From the human T2T-CHM13v2.0 reference genome, Homo sapiens, in the NCBI RefSeq assembly GCF_009914755.1, contig NC_060932.1: a stretch of DNA of 64,000 bases; one strand, 5' to 3'. This document shows, in pieces, positions 13,351 to 30,417 of the stretch. Positions within the stretch are counted from its first letter, which is position 1. Each line of letters opens with the position of its first letter. A program made the translations under genes and the position numbers. A model generated the notes under the pieces. That model was not told the origin of the DNA. It searched no databases and was given only the letters and a program-made list of their open reading frames with translations.

Positions 13351-16300
13351 TCTTACGAGCCTGAGTTTTCTAAGCATTCAATGTATACCTATTAGTTATG
13401 ATTTACCTAACTGATCTCCTGCATAAATAACTTGTAGAAAATGGATTTATTGCTCAGATTCATCAAAACTTATTTCCTGAAGTATAAGAGTAAATAGATA
13501 TGAATGGAATTCTCCTTTTTTAACTAGTAAACTAGAATTACCAAAAGGATAATTCTTTGAAGAGCAAAAACCTATTCAAGGAAGCCTGGAACAGAGAGTC
13601 AGGGAGCACCATAAAGACCAAAGGTATAAGGGAAATCTAAGAGTAAAATGATGAGACAGTCACATGTAAATAGCAGGCTCAAACGGCCAGAGATTCAATC
13701 AGGGTTGCAGGGAGGAGGATATCAAGTCAAGTAGAGAACATCCATGAAAGACCAGGATACAAACAAATGAAGAGGTCCAGAGAAATTCCTAAATGGCCTT
13801 GGGCTATCCCTAGTCCCTTTTCATGGTCCACAGGTAGAAAGGAGTTGTGTGTTTTGGGTTTCCTTAAAAGATACAAGATGATAAGATGCTTGTGATTTTG
13901 CTTTTTGCTCATATCCTTGGTACTGTACTTGGTATGAGTTGGCATTCAATAAATGTTTATTGAATGAATTAATCAATATAATGAAGGATAATTTTCAATG
14001 ACTACTAACTTAACTATCTCATCTCTATTTCATATTTCATACTTAAACATTTAGTTAACGACTTGTCTCAATTTTCCCTAAAATGCTGAACTTGACTTCC
14101 AGACTGGTAGAATTCAACCAGTGGTTCTTAAATTTGCCTATGCATTTAAGTCACCTAGAAAGCTTTGAAATACACATTAGTGTTTGAGACTAACCTCCAG
14201 ATATTCTAAATTGGTTTGAGTGGAGCCCAGGGATTGGAATATTTAAAAACCAAATGAAAACCAACCAACCAACAACAACAACAATAACAAAACCCCACTT
14301 CTCTAGGTAAATCTAATGTGCATCAGGGAATTGAATTTTCATAGGTGTTCTTAAAATTCATCATTTATTTTTTGCTGCTTGTTTCATATTAATCTAAGCT
14401 AGAGTAGTTCAAGAATTGTTACAGTTCTATTTTCTAAGTATATAGTGATGGATAAAAAAACAACTTAATGATTTGGGAGAAATAATAGCTACAATTTACA
14501 CTGCCAAGAAATGTCAGGAGTATCAGTATATGCCCAAAGATGTGTTTACTTTGTTTTAACAATTTTAGCCTCCCTGGCACACTCACCTTTTACCTCTACC
14601 TACATCCCTGTTAGTGTCAATTGCCTTGGGAACTTTCTTATTTCTTCCCATTTTATTCATGATATGAGCCCCAGTTCTCCCAATATAAACTGCTGGTTCA
14701 GTGACAAAAACCTGAATTTTCTACTTTGACCCCTGTGTCTGCTAGCATTTGGACTTGGCGATGTTGAGGTCCCAGTGTTGACACTTCCCAGTGGCTTTTG
14801 CCTATGACTGAATTCTAGCAACTCATGTTGTCTGCAGTAGGAATCCTCCATTCCAATGCCAGTCGATTATGACTGCAAACTCATGGTTAGTAACCCACTT
14901 CCCACCCCACCCTCATAAACCAGGAGATGATTAGAATACCGCATGCAAGAGACGGACCAGGCCAGTGTAAATAAAAAAACAGCATAAACTTACCTAGCCA
15001 TAAAGACCATCATGATCATGAAAACAGCATAGAATGATGAATAATTATTACCTACTAAGCTCAATGTAAAGCCTTAAAATTCAAGCTAGAGTCAAGTCTA
15101 CTGATATATATTAATAAAATACCAACCAAACACAAATCTACATTCAGCTTTTAGAGACATTTTCTGTGTAGACACTTTTCTTAAGCCCCCAAATTCTGCA
15201 GAAAATAAACATCCACTGTAAATATTTACTTCTGTGATTAAGAACAGAAGACACATGTAAATAGCACTGACACCTGCCTCGGAAAGTTGTGAGATGGGAG
15301 AAGATGGAATTTCTCTGGGTTTCACATTCTGGTACTCCTGTCAACTGTAGTTAGGACAAAATGGGTGTTTTCTCTCTTTTTTTTTCCTCTCTTTTTTCCT
15401 TTTCTTATGGCTTACTTGTGATGAGTTGTGTGTTCCTGGACAAACTGATTTTTTTTTTAATTGAGGCAAAATGTGTACTGCTCTTTCCAATACATCATAT
15501 TGACTTGTGGAAACGCATGCATAGTGCATTTAGTATATCTAAAAGATTGCTGCTATCATCAAATCTGTTACTTTCCTTGCCATTTATGGTAGGCAGTTAA
15601 TTCATCTATAGAAAATAGACTTCGTATTAACTCCTGTGGAAGCCTGTATTTTCTGTATGAGCCTTTCACCATTTAGTTATTTTTTTGCAAAAAGCAAAAT
15701 GTAACAGACATTTTGGTGTAACTGCCCATGTATTTGTCAAATCACAGAGAAAGTGGGATGAATGGAAACTTGCAATCTTGCACTTAGGTCCAAATTTGGG
15801 TATGTTTAAGTAAGCCTTAGTAGACACTGTTGCTAAAAAGGATAAAGGCTGGATAACTGTAGGCATCAAAAGAAATGGAAAGCAGGTTAGAGAATCAAGA
15901 GGCACTAGACCAATAAGTAGTCACATTTTTAAAGATTCATGTATGAGATAAAAAATGTTCTGCTTAACAGCAGTGGTGCTATTCTTGCCATGAGAGTGTC
16001 ACCAACTCCCTATGACCCTGCCTCAGGCAGGGACAGAAGATGGCTCATAAAAGGACAATGCATGAAAGCTAGAGGGGATGAAAGGAATTAGTTCTTAGAA
16101 AAGTGGATTTCCATGCCTTTTCCATGCTTTTGTAGATATGCACATAATGTTTTATTAAAGAAACCCAGATTTTGTCTCTGCTATTTATTAATATTGTAGG
16201 GGAAAGTGAAATCCATAAAATGAGTAAATTTCCAAGATGTGTTTTTAACACAATAACATTCAGATGAATCATGAGTAATCTTTTTTAACTAATTCATGCC

Positions 16301-17119
16301 CCTTTTTAAAATAAGAATTGGCAACTCGTTGCCACTGATTTGGAAAAGATTTAACATATAAGTTAAGTGGTACTTCAACCCATATTTCTAGCTTGTAGGA
16401 TGCCAGCCATCTCAGTGATAACTCAACAAATTGCAGCAACATTGCATGCATTTAACCAAGTGTAAATGAAAATAATTCTCCATAGTGTCCAAGCTCAAAT
16501 ACCCACTTAATGATTTGTTATTACAGTTTTGAGCACCAAATTTTTATTTAATTCTCCCTTTATTAAAAGGTTTGTTTTACCCTATTTTCACTGCAGCATG
16601 ATCACTATATACCAAAACATAATAAAGACATGAAAACAGACTTTTACAGTTTGAAGTCTCTAGCCAATCCTTATTTTAATGTAGCAATTCGCAGTGTATT
16701 CTGTAATATGAAACATTAAACCTGGCATTTTGTTGGAGCTATAAAATTTAAAAACTCACCTATAAACATTATTTACGAAAAGTAAGTGACAGCTGAAATT
16801 CTTTCTCAATAAGAGTTTTGGGAGGCCTAGAGCCTCTCCTCTTTCTTCTTTCTCAGTTCCAGTTTTTTGTTTTTTTTTTAATCAACTTTCCCACTTATTC
16901 TCAAATCTTTATGCTCACACTTGCTGCTTTCTCTTCATACCACACGCCAGGGTTATGACGGTGCTAGCCAGGCCACAGGCTTAGCAGGCCAAGCTGTGTG
17001 CAAAGGCAGCACCATGTTTGATTCGTGTCATTACTCCATGCCCCAGCACAGTGCCTGAAATGTAGAAGGAATTCAACCAGAGAAAGAACCTAAACTGTAC
17101 TTGTTTAATTTCTCAATTC

Positions 17120-17130
17120 AAGAAATTTTT

Positions 17131-17133
<3 letters not shown>
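17120..17133 (+). repeat. Left target-site duplication of the compound L1 insertion (AAGAAATTTTTTGG)
   Basis: Identical 14-mer at 25685-25698, directly after a ~24-nt A run. Bottom-strand site 5'-TTCTT/GA fits L1 endonuclease preference. Confidence 0.9.
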
Positions 17134-18894
<1,761 letters not shown>

Positions 18895-19052
18895 TGAAAT
18901 TACTGTATTGGCTACTACAAAAAAACATGAGTGAATAAACATACACACACACACACACACACATACACACACACACACACACAGAAAGAGAGAGGGGGGC
19001 AGGCGGCATGGGGGCATTTTAAAATATGCTACCCAAGTTAAAAGCTATTTTC
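18895..19052 (+). other. 3'-transduced flank of L1 #1, part 1 (includes a (CA)n microsatellite at ~18940-18983)
   Basis: Unique sequence after the first poly(A) and inside the 17120/25685 TSD pair. Continues at 25644-25662. Confidence 0.8.
19040..19052 (-). repeat. TSD of L1 #2 (AAAAGCTATTTTC), copy adjacent to the poly(A) tail
   Basis: Identical 13-mer at 25631-25643. Pre-insertion site TTTC/AA is an L1 EN-type site. Confidence 0.88.
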
Positions 19053-19278
19053 TTTTTTTTTTTTTTTTTTTTTATTATACTCTAAGTTTTAGGGTACATG
19101 TGCACATTGTGCAGGTTAGTTACATATGTATACATGTGCCATGCTGGTGCGCTGCACCCACTAGCTCGTCATCTAGCATTAGGTATATCTCCCAATGCTA
19201 TCCCTCCCCCCTCCCCCGACCCCACCACAGTCCCCAGAGTGTGATATTCCCCTTCCTGTGTCCATGTGATCTCATTGT

Positions 19279-23107
<3,829 letters not shown>

Positions 23108-23170
23108 TATGATGTTAGCTGGTGATTTTGCTCATTAGTTGATGCAGTTTCTTCCTAGTCTCGATGGTCT

Positions 23171-24187
23171 TTACATTTTGGCATGATTTTGCAGCGGCTG
23201 GTACCGGTTGTTCCTTTCCATGTTTAGCGCTTCCTTCAGGAGCTCTTTTAGGGCAGGCCTGGTGGTGACAAAATCTCTCAACATTTGCTTGTCTATAAAG
23301 TATTTTGTTTCTCCTTCACTTATGAAGCTTAGTTTGGCTGGATATGAAATTCTGGGTTGAAAATTCTTTTCTTTAAGAATGTTGAATATTGGCCCCCACT
23401 CTCTTCTGGCTTGTAGGGTTTCTGCCGAGAGATCCGCTGTTAGTCTGATGGGCTTTCCTTTGAGGGTAACCCGACCTTTCTCTCTGGCTGCCCTTAACAT
23501 TTTTTCCTTCATTTCAACTTTGGTGAATCTGACAATTATGTGTCTTGGAGTTGCTCTTCTCGAGGAGTATCTTTGTGGCGTTCTCTGTATTTCCTGAATC
23601 TGAACGTTGGCCTGCCTTGCTAGATTGGGGAAGTTCTCCTGGATAATATCCTGCAGAGTGTTTTCCAACTTGGTTCCATTCTCCACATCACTTTCAGGTA
23701 CACCAATCAGACGTAGATTTGGTCTTTTCACATAGTCCCATATTTCTTGGAGGCTTTGCTCATTTCTTTTTATTCTTTTTTCTCTAAACTTCCCTTCTCG
23801 CTTCATTTCATTCATTTCATCTTCCATTGCTGATACCCTTTCTTCCAGTTGATCGCATCGGCTCCTGAGGCTTCTGCATTCTTCACCTAGTTCTCGAGCC
23901 TTGGTTTTCAGCTCCATCAGCTCCTTTAAGCACTTCTCTGTATTGGTTATTCTAGTTATACATTCTTCTAAATTTTTTTCAAAGTTTTCAACTTCTTTGC
24001 CTTTGGTTTGAATGTCCTCCCGTAGCTCAGAGTAATTTGATCGTCTGAAGCCTTCTTCTCTCAGCTCGTCAAAATCATTCTCCATCCAGCTTTGTTCTGT
24101 TGCTGGTGAGGAACTGCATTCCTTTGGAGGAGGAGAGGCGCTCTGCATTTTAGAGTTTCCAGTTTTTCTGTTCTGTTTTTTCCCCAT
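23171..24187 (-). CDS. LINE-1 ORF1p (RNA-binding nucleic acid chaperone), intact 338 aa
   Basis: MGKKQNRKTGNSK...ARREWG...YPAKLS...NHAKM, full length. Confidence 0.97.
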   Translation of the reverse strand: MGKKQNRKTGNSKMQSASPPPKECSSSPATEQSWMENDFDELREEGFRRSNYSELREDIQTKGKEVENFEKNLEECITRITNTEKCLKELMELKTKARELGEECRSLRSRCDQLEERVSAMEDEMNEMKREGKFREKRIKRNEQSLQEIWDYVKRPNLRLIGVPESDVENGTKLENTLQDIIQENFPNLARQANVQIQEIQRTPQRYSSRRATPRHIIVRFTKVEMKEKMLRAAREKGRVTLKGKPIRLTADLSAETLQARREWGPIFNILKEKNFQPRISYPAKLSFISEGETKYFIDKQMLRDFVTTRPALKELLKEALNMERNNRYQPLQNHAKM

Positions 24188-25090
24188 CTTTGTGGTTTTA
24201 TCTACTTTTGGTCTTTGATGATGGTGATGTACAGATGGGTTTTCGGTGTAGATGTCCTTTCTGGTTGTTAGTTTTCCTTCTAACAGACAGGACCCTCAGC
24301 TGCAGGTCTGTTGGAATACCCTGCCGTGTGAGGTGTCAGTGTGCCCCTGCTGGGGGGTGCCTCCCAGTTAGGCTGCTCGGGGGTCAGGAGTCAGGGACCC
24401 ACTTGAGGAGGCAGTCTGCCCGTTCTCAGATCTCCAGCTGCGTGCTGGGAGAACCACTGCTCTCTTCAAAGCTGTCAGACAGGGACATTTAAGTCTGCAG
24501 AGGTTACTGCTGTCTTTTTGTTTGTCTGTGCCCTGCCCCCAGAGGTGGAGCCTACAGAGGCAGGCAGGCCTCCTTGAGCTGTGGTGGGCTCCACCCAGTT
24601 CGAGCTTCCTGGCTGCTTTGTTTACCTAAGCAAGCCTGGGCAATGGCGGGCGCCCCTCCCCCAGCCTCGTTGCCGCCTTGCAGTTTGATCTCAGACTGCT
24701 GTGCTAGCAATCAGCGAGATTCCGTGGGCGTAGGACCCTCTGAGCCAGGTGTGGGATATAGTCTCGTGGTGTGCCGTTTCTTAAGCCGGTCTGAAAAGCG
24801 CAATATTCGGGTGGGAGTGACCCGATTTTCCAGGTGCGTCCGTCACCCCTTTCTTTGACTCGGAAAGGGAACTCCCTGACCCCTTGCGCTTCCCAGGTGA
24901 GGCAATGCCTCGCCCTGCTTCGGCTCGCGCACGGTGCGCACACACACTGGCCTGCGCCCACTGTCTGGCACTCCCTAGTGAGATGAACCCGGTACCTCAG
25001 ATGGAAATGCAGAAATCACCGTCTTCTGCGTCGCTCACGCTTGGAGCTGTAGACCGGAGCTGTTCCTATTTGGCCATCTTGGCTCCTCCC
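24188..25090 (-). promoter_or_regulatory. L1 #2 5'UTR: CpG-rich internal sense promoter (YY1 site) and antisense promoter
   Basis: Complete CpG-rich 5'UTR; AAGATGGCC YY1 core near 25072-25080. Confidence 0.85.
24643..24858 (+). CDS. LINE-1 ORF0 (71 aa, antisense in the 5'UTR) of L1 #2
   Basis: ATG at 24643. MAGAPPPASLPPCSLISDCCASNQRDSVGVGPSEPG...RHPFL lies within listed ORF 24574-24858. Confidence 0.85.
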   Translation: MAGAPPPASLPPCSLISDCCASNQRDSVGVGPSEPGVGYSLVVCRFLSRSEKRNIRVGVTRFSRCVRHPFL

Positions 25091-25630
25091 TAAATAGCTG
25101 TTGTTGGCCGAGCATGGTGGCACACGCCTGTAATCTCAGCACTTTCGGAGGCCGAGGCGGGCGGATCACAAGGTCAGGAGATCCAGACTATCCAGGCTAA
25201 CACGGTGTAACCCCGTCTCTAGATCAGCCTTCGCTTGGGCAGGGTCCAGATGCGGAGATGTGAAAAACGTGATGCCACCAGGCCATCATCACATCAAGTT
25301 CCAGTCTGTCCCCCTTCCTCTTCCTCTGGGAACAGCTCCACCAATTTTATGTATGCCTTTAGAGAATCTGCCTTTACAGAACTTGAAGAGCTCTGATGGA
25401 GGAACAGAGATGCTGTGGTGGTAGTGGCCTTGGAGGTGGTGGTAGTGGCAATGGTGATGATGATGATGATGAAAGAAGAAGAAAACGGTGATGGTAAATG
25501 TCATCTGACCAATACTCGGGAGGCTGGTCCCGAGTCCCAGCTACTCGGGAGGCTGAGGCAGGAGGATTGCTTACGGCAACAGCTGTGGCGGCTGCAGCCT
25601 CGAAGGATGCTGCGCTCCAGTCCAGAGCCC
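25091..25630 (-). other. ~540-bp 5' transduction of L1 #2 (apparently spliced upstream transcript)
   Basis: Lies between the L1 5' end and its TSD (25631-25643). GC/CpG-rich start, an Alu fragment, a (CAT/CAC)n tract and an Alu left arm cut exactly at a splice acceptor. Confidence 0.82.
25106..25221 (+). mobile_element. Alu left arm (AluY/Sc-like), antisense to L1 #2, inside the 5' transduction
   Basis: ggccgagcatggtggc...gcggatcacaaggtcaggagatccagact...ccccgtctcta, then an abrupt switch to non-Alu sequence. Confidence 0.9.
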
Positions 25631-25643
25631 AAAAGCTATTTTC

Positions 25644-25686
25644 AAAAGAGATTGATAAATCCAAAAAAAAAAAAAAAAAAAAAAAA
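25644..25686 (+). other. 3'-transduced flank of L1 #1, part 2 (19 nt) plus second poly(A) tail
   Basis: aaaagagattgataaatcc followed by A24 (25663-25686) that overlaps the start of the right TSD. Confidence 0.8.
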
Positions 25687-26484
25687 GAAATTTTTTGGAA
25701 GAAATTTTTATTGTGCTCAGAATAATGATTTCCAGTGTAGATTTTAAAATCAAATCAGATTATGCTTCATGACACTTGACTGTGATTTATGTATTCACAT
25801 AGATAAATTTGAAGGAAAGATATGATAAAGATAGGGTAAGTAAAAAAATGAGCCTTTTGTAGTTCTATGCTAGCATATTTGATTTTATAATATTATCTAG
25901 CAAAATATATACCGTATACAAATAGAAGTAAAATGAGTCTAGGTAATAAATTTAAATGTATGTTATTTCCTATTGTGTACTAATGGACCATACTTATTTT
26001 CTTCCCCTGAGGGAAGGACTCTGATGTCCTACTGAGGTCAAACTCATTAAATCTCATCCGTGTAGAATGTGGAATTTAAAATATTTAAATCCATGTAGAA
26101 TTTAAAATATTTCAGAAACTCTGCTCATTCATTGTAAAACCCACCTTTTGTCAGTATTTTTTTTAGCTTACAGTATAATAATAATAGTTAACTCTATTTT
26201 ATCATTTCATGGACCACAGATATATTCTGGATAAAAGTAACTAAAGTGATCTGCAGGTATTTAAGCATGGTTGGCTCTTGAGGCTCTGTCTTCTGCCCTG
26301 AGATTATCTAATAATGCTAATGTTGACATTTTACCCCAGGTATTTATAAAGGAAAAATAAATTTACTACTCTTAAGACCCACATTTACTAGTTAAGAAAA
26401 ATCAAAAGTAAATTTAAATTGAATATCTAATTAAATAGTATCTTAATTTGTTCATCTCAGCTAGAGAGTAACAAGTATATGTAA

Positions 26485-26797
<313 letters not shown>

Positions 26798-27429
26798 TAA
26801 GTATATGTAAAGTGTTTTAAAATTTACTAAGCACTCTTTATTACATTATCCCATGTGATTCTTACAATAGCTACTTGAAGTAAAAAGGACAGAGCTCTCT
26901 TTTGTAGATTGGTGAGTGATAGAATCCGAATTTACATGTAGGTCTACAGGCTCTATACCTGGTATTCTGAGTAGAGGTAGAAAAAGTACCTGTTGAAGGA
27001 AGAGTCTGCTAGGCTACCCTGCATATCTCCCTAGAGTCTCCCAGCCTAATTTGAGACTTCTCTCATGTCTTCCTTTGGATGTGATCTCTGGTAGGCTAGC
27101 ATGGCTTTCATAGAGACTTAGGGTTTAAAACTTCATCATGTTGCAAGGCACTGACTGTTTTGCTTGTTTGAGGACTGTCTCACATAATTGAATAGGTCCT
27201 TTCTCCACTGGCAGGGGAATAATTTGGAAACTCTTTAAGGTCCTTTATGTGTGTTAAAAGTGTGGATGTGAATTGAGAGTAGCCTTTGCTCTCAAAGTTT
27301 AGGGATTAAACACAGAGAGAAAAGCTGCTCTTCTCTCTAGTATTCTTGTGAACAGTCAGCTCTATCAGTGCTTCTTTTTTTCCATATAGGGTTATCAGTC
27401 ATATATGTACCCTCCTTACTGTGAGTGTT

Positions 27430-27660
27430 TTAATAATAATGATTAGAACAAAGGTGTATGGAGTGCCTAATATGCACCAGACCCCACACAATAGCATTTT
27501 TACATGCATTATCTCATCAGTCCTTAGAACAAATGAGGTTGATATTTTTAAATACCCATTTATGGGTAAAGAACTTAAGTGTCAAATTAATTAAGTAAGT
27601 AGCCCAAGTTCACTGAGTTACTAAGTAGCCCAGCTGGGATTCAAATCTAGCTCTTCTTGG
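27430..27660 (-). mobile_element. MIR remnant
   Basis: attatctcat...cccatttat...cccaagttcac...agctgggattcaaatctag core pattern. Other MIR relics at ~10815-10990, 26810-26960, 29850-30050, 47070-47270 and 50130-50390. Confidence 0.6.
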
Positions 27661-30301
27661 CCACAAGGCTCTATTATTTTCGTGTTGCCTTTGCATTTGA
27701 CCTATTCTGAAATTAATTTTGCAGTTCTTCTATTGATCCCAAATTATTCCCATTTAGAGACCAAAAGTTGCTGCTATCAGTTATGCTTAGTCTGGAATAT
27801 ATAACTCTATTTTACAAGATGATACCAAATAATGTTTGTTTAAGTAAATGATCTTTGAAAGACTCATGCAGGCAGGAAGAATTGGGATGAATTAGGGCAC
27901 GAGAAAATATGTAAAATTGTTGGTGTTTTGCAGTCATTGTACAGCAGAGGGAAGGGGGAGAAAAATACAGAAAAAATATGATTAAATTTCTCTGGTTGAT
28001 AAACACTCCATTTTAAGTGTTTATGCTCAAATGTAAACAACATGAATAATATTGTAACCTGTAGAGCAGCCATGGTGAATGGAAGATGGAGCTCTATTGT
28101 GCAATAGTTCTGAAGCCCCACATCCAGATTAAGGGACAAACTGCACTCTGCAAGTAGCTGGTTGTCTGCAGGAGCTTCTCATTGAAAAACTGCATCAATC
28201 AAAGCAAGCTTCCTGAGCCCAAAGTGCTGAAGATATCACAATCATTAAACAGTTATGCAAATGTAAAAGCAGTATCTCACCTCATTAGTGCTAAATATGT
28301 TGTTTATTCTTTCCCCAAGTAAAATGTTTAGAAGCCTGCATAATGAGTGTCTCGTTGACAGAGGTGTGGAATTATGAAGCTGCTAAATCCAGCGCGAAGA
28401 CAGAGTGATAAAATAGATTGGATTTCGCAATAGCTGTGCTTAGAGCAAACTTGGGTGGCTGGATTCCACATTAGCACATTGTTTTGACATCATGCACTCA
28501 GAGATTTGATTTCATGGATTAGGGGGAGGTGGTTATGACATTTGGGTGGAGGAAAGAGTGTGCAGGCTGAAGTCAAAAGCTATAGGCTATGGGCAGAGAA
28601 GAAACCTGGAAGAGTTCTTAAAGCAATATCCTATTTTCTAATAAGGTACTTGCATGACAAACACCATGTAAATGGTCTAGAGGCATAATTAAAGCTGATG
28701 GTGACAGAAGGAAACAAATTAAACTTGGAAATGTTTACCTGTCTGGAGTAGTCTTTGTACAAATGTGTGATAAAGATAAATGTCTGACCTTTGAATTCTA
28801 TCCTCCAGTATATACCAGCATCTAGAAGGCAGCTTAAGGTTTGTAGTGAAATGTGCTATTGGCTACTAGTGTGTGATTCTTAATATGTCAATGGGCTGGA
28901 ATTTATTTTTCATGAGTTCATGAGTCTTCTGTGTCTTAGCTGGAATTGCCATGCTGCCATATATTTCATACAATTAGCTACCTTAGTTCATAATGCTGAT
29001 CCCAGGTTGGAAGTGCTAGTCCAACCTCAACCATGGGAATGTCGATAAGAAAAAGAGCATAACAGACTATTAGACTGTAGGCTCCCTGAGTGCAGCAGCC
29101 TTGACTGATTTTTCCCTGACTTGGCACAAGGAATAGCACCTAGTCTGTGCTTTACAAATAAGTGCTAAGTGTCTGAAAGAAAGGGGATTTTTTCAGTTCT
29201 TCTTCATGTCCACTAACCTTCTTCAAGATGCTGATTGGACTTATGGGCATTGCCTGAGAAGATTCCTTAGGAGGCTGTGTGAAAGCAAGCAAGGGTGGGA
29301 AGCACTTGTTCTGCTCAGCCAGGTTTCACCTTGTGACCTCTACCCTAGATTCTAAGGCCATCCACATAGTTGTGTGTGTCATACTCAAAGAAAGAAAAAG
29401 AAAGAAATGGTAGGTGCAATAACATCATTGATGATTTATGTTTCAAAATATAATTTTCATCTTTAAGTTACTGCTATGTTTTACTGCTGATCACCCCTTC
29501 TTACTTGATGGCTTTTTGGCGATCAGTTAAGGAGATGATTGAGGAAGACTTTGTCTTCATGGACTGTTGGATTTTGAAAGTTTTTTTAATGGAAAATTCC
29601 CTTCGTCTGGGTGCTAACTTTCTAGTCACTAGGGCAACGGATGGCCTATTTGTCCAAATGCCTTTGATGTGCACTAGAGAACATGAGTACAAGGGACCTA
29701 ACAAACATCTGGACAAGTGCATCAAAACGTGCATCAGCAAAGTTGTTATAGTAAAAAGTGGATCTGAAACAAAAAAAAAAAAAGGAAAGTGAGTTTAAAA
29801 AAAGCTGAACTTACTTTTCTTTGGATGGTGAAGAAGGTAACATGTTATACTGGGGAAAGGGTTTGGAATGAGACAAAATTGTGTTCAAATTTTGGTCTAC
29901 CATTTAATTGTTATGTAAAAAGTTTCATTAATCAAACTGAGTCTCAGCTTCTGCCTCTTTAAAATGATAATCCTTATGTTAGTCATCAGGTTGTTTTGAG
30001 AATTCAATGAACATCAAAGTCCTTAGCAAAATAACAATGATTGCCATAATTTAGTTCATTGTTGTGTCAGAGTTTTAACTGAACATTCAAACTGCTTCAG
30101 TATGCATATTTGGGTGTCTCTTTTATTTACTTATTTTCAATTTTATTAGGTGGTTCCACTGTCAAGGCCTCTGAACATGTGTCTGTGGCAAATACTATTC
30201 TAAAAATAGAAAAAATTAAGTAGGCTGTTTCATGCATTTTAATACGCTGACATTCCATGCTTTTTGCCTAATGAAGCAAATATTCATAAATGGGTTTGGG
30301 A

Positions 30302-30417
30302 GAAGAGAGAGAGAGAAAGAGAGAGAGCAAGAGCACACTCTATTCTTCATGTATGTGTGTGTGTGCATGTATATATGTGTGTATAAATATGTGTGTCTAA
30401 ATACATAAATATATATG
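30302..30417. repeat. Compound (GA)n / (TG)n / (TA)n simple repeats
   Basis: Direct read. Confidence 0.8.

Noticed and set aside
25289-25753. Overlapping ORFs with poly-His/poly-Met/poly-Lys runs
   Set aside because: They result from the (CAT/CAC)n tract and the poly(A) tail, and some cross the TSD boundary; not evidence of a protein gene.
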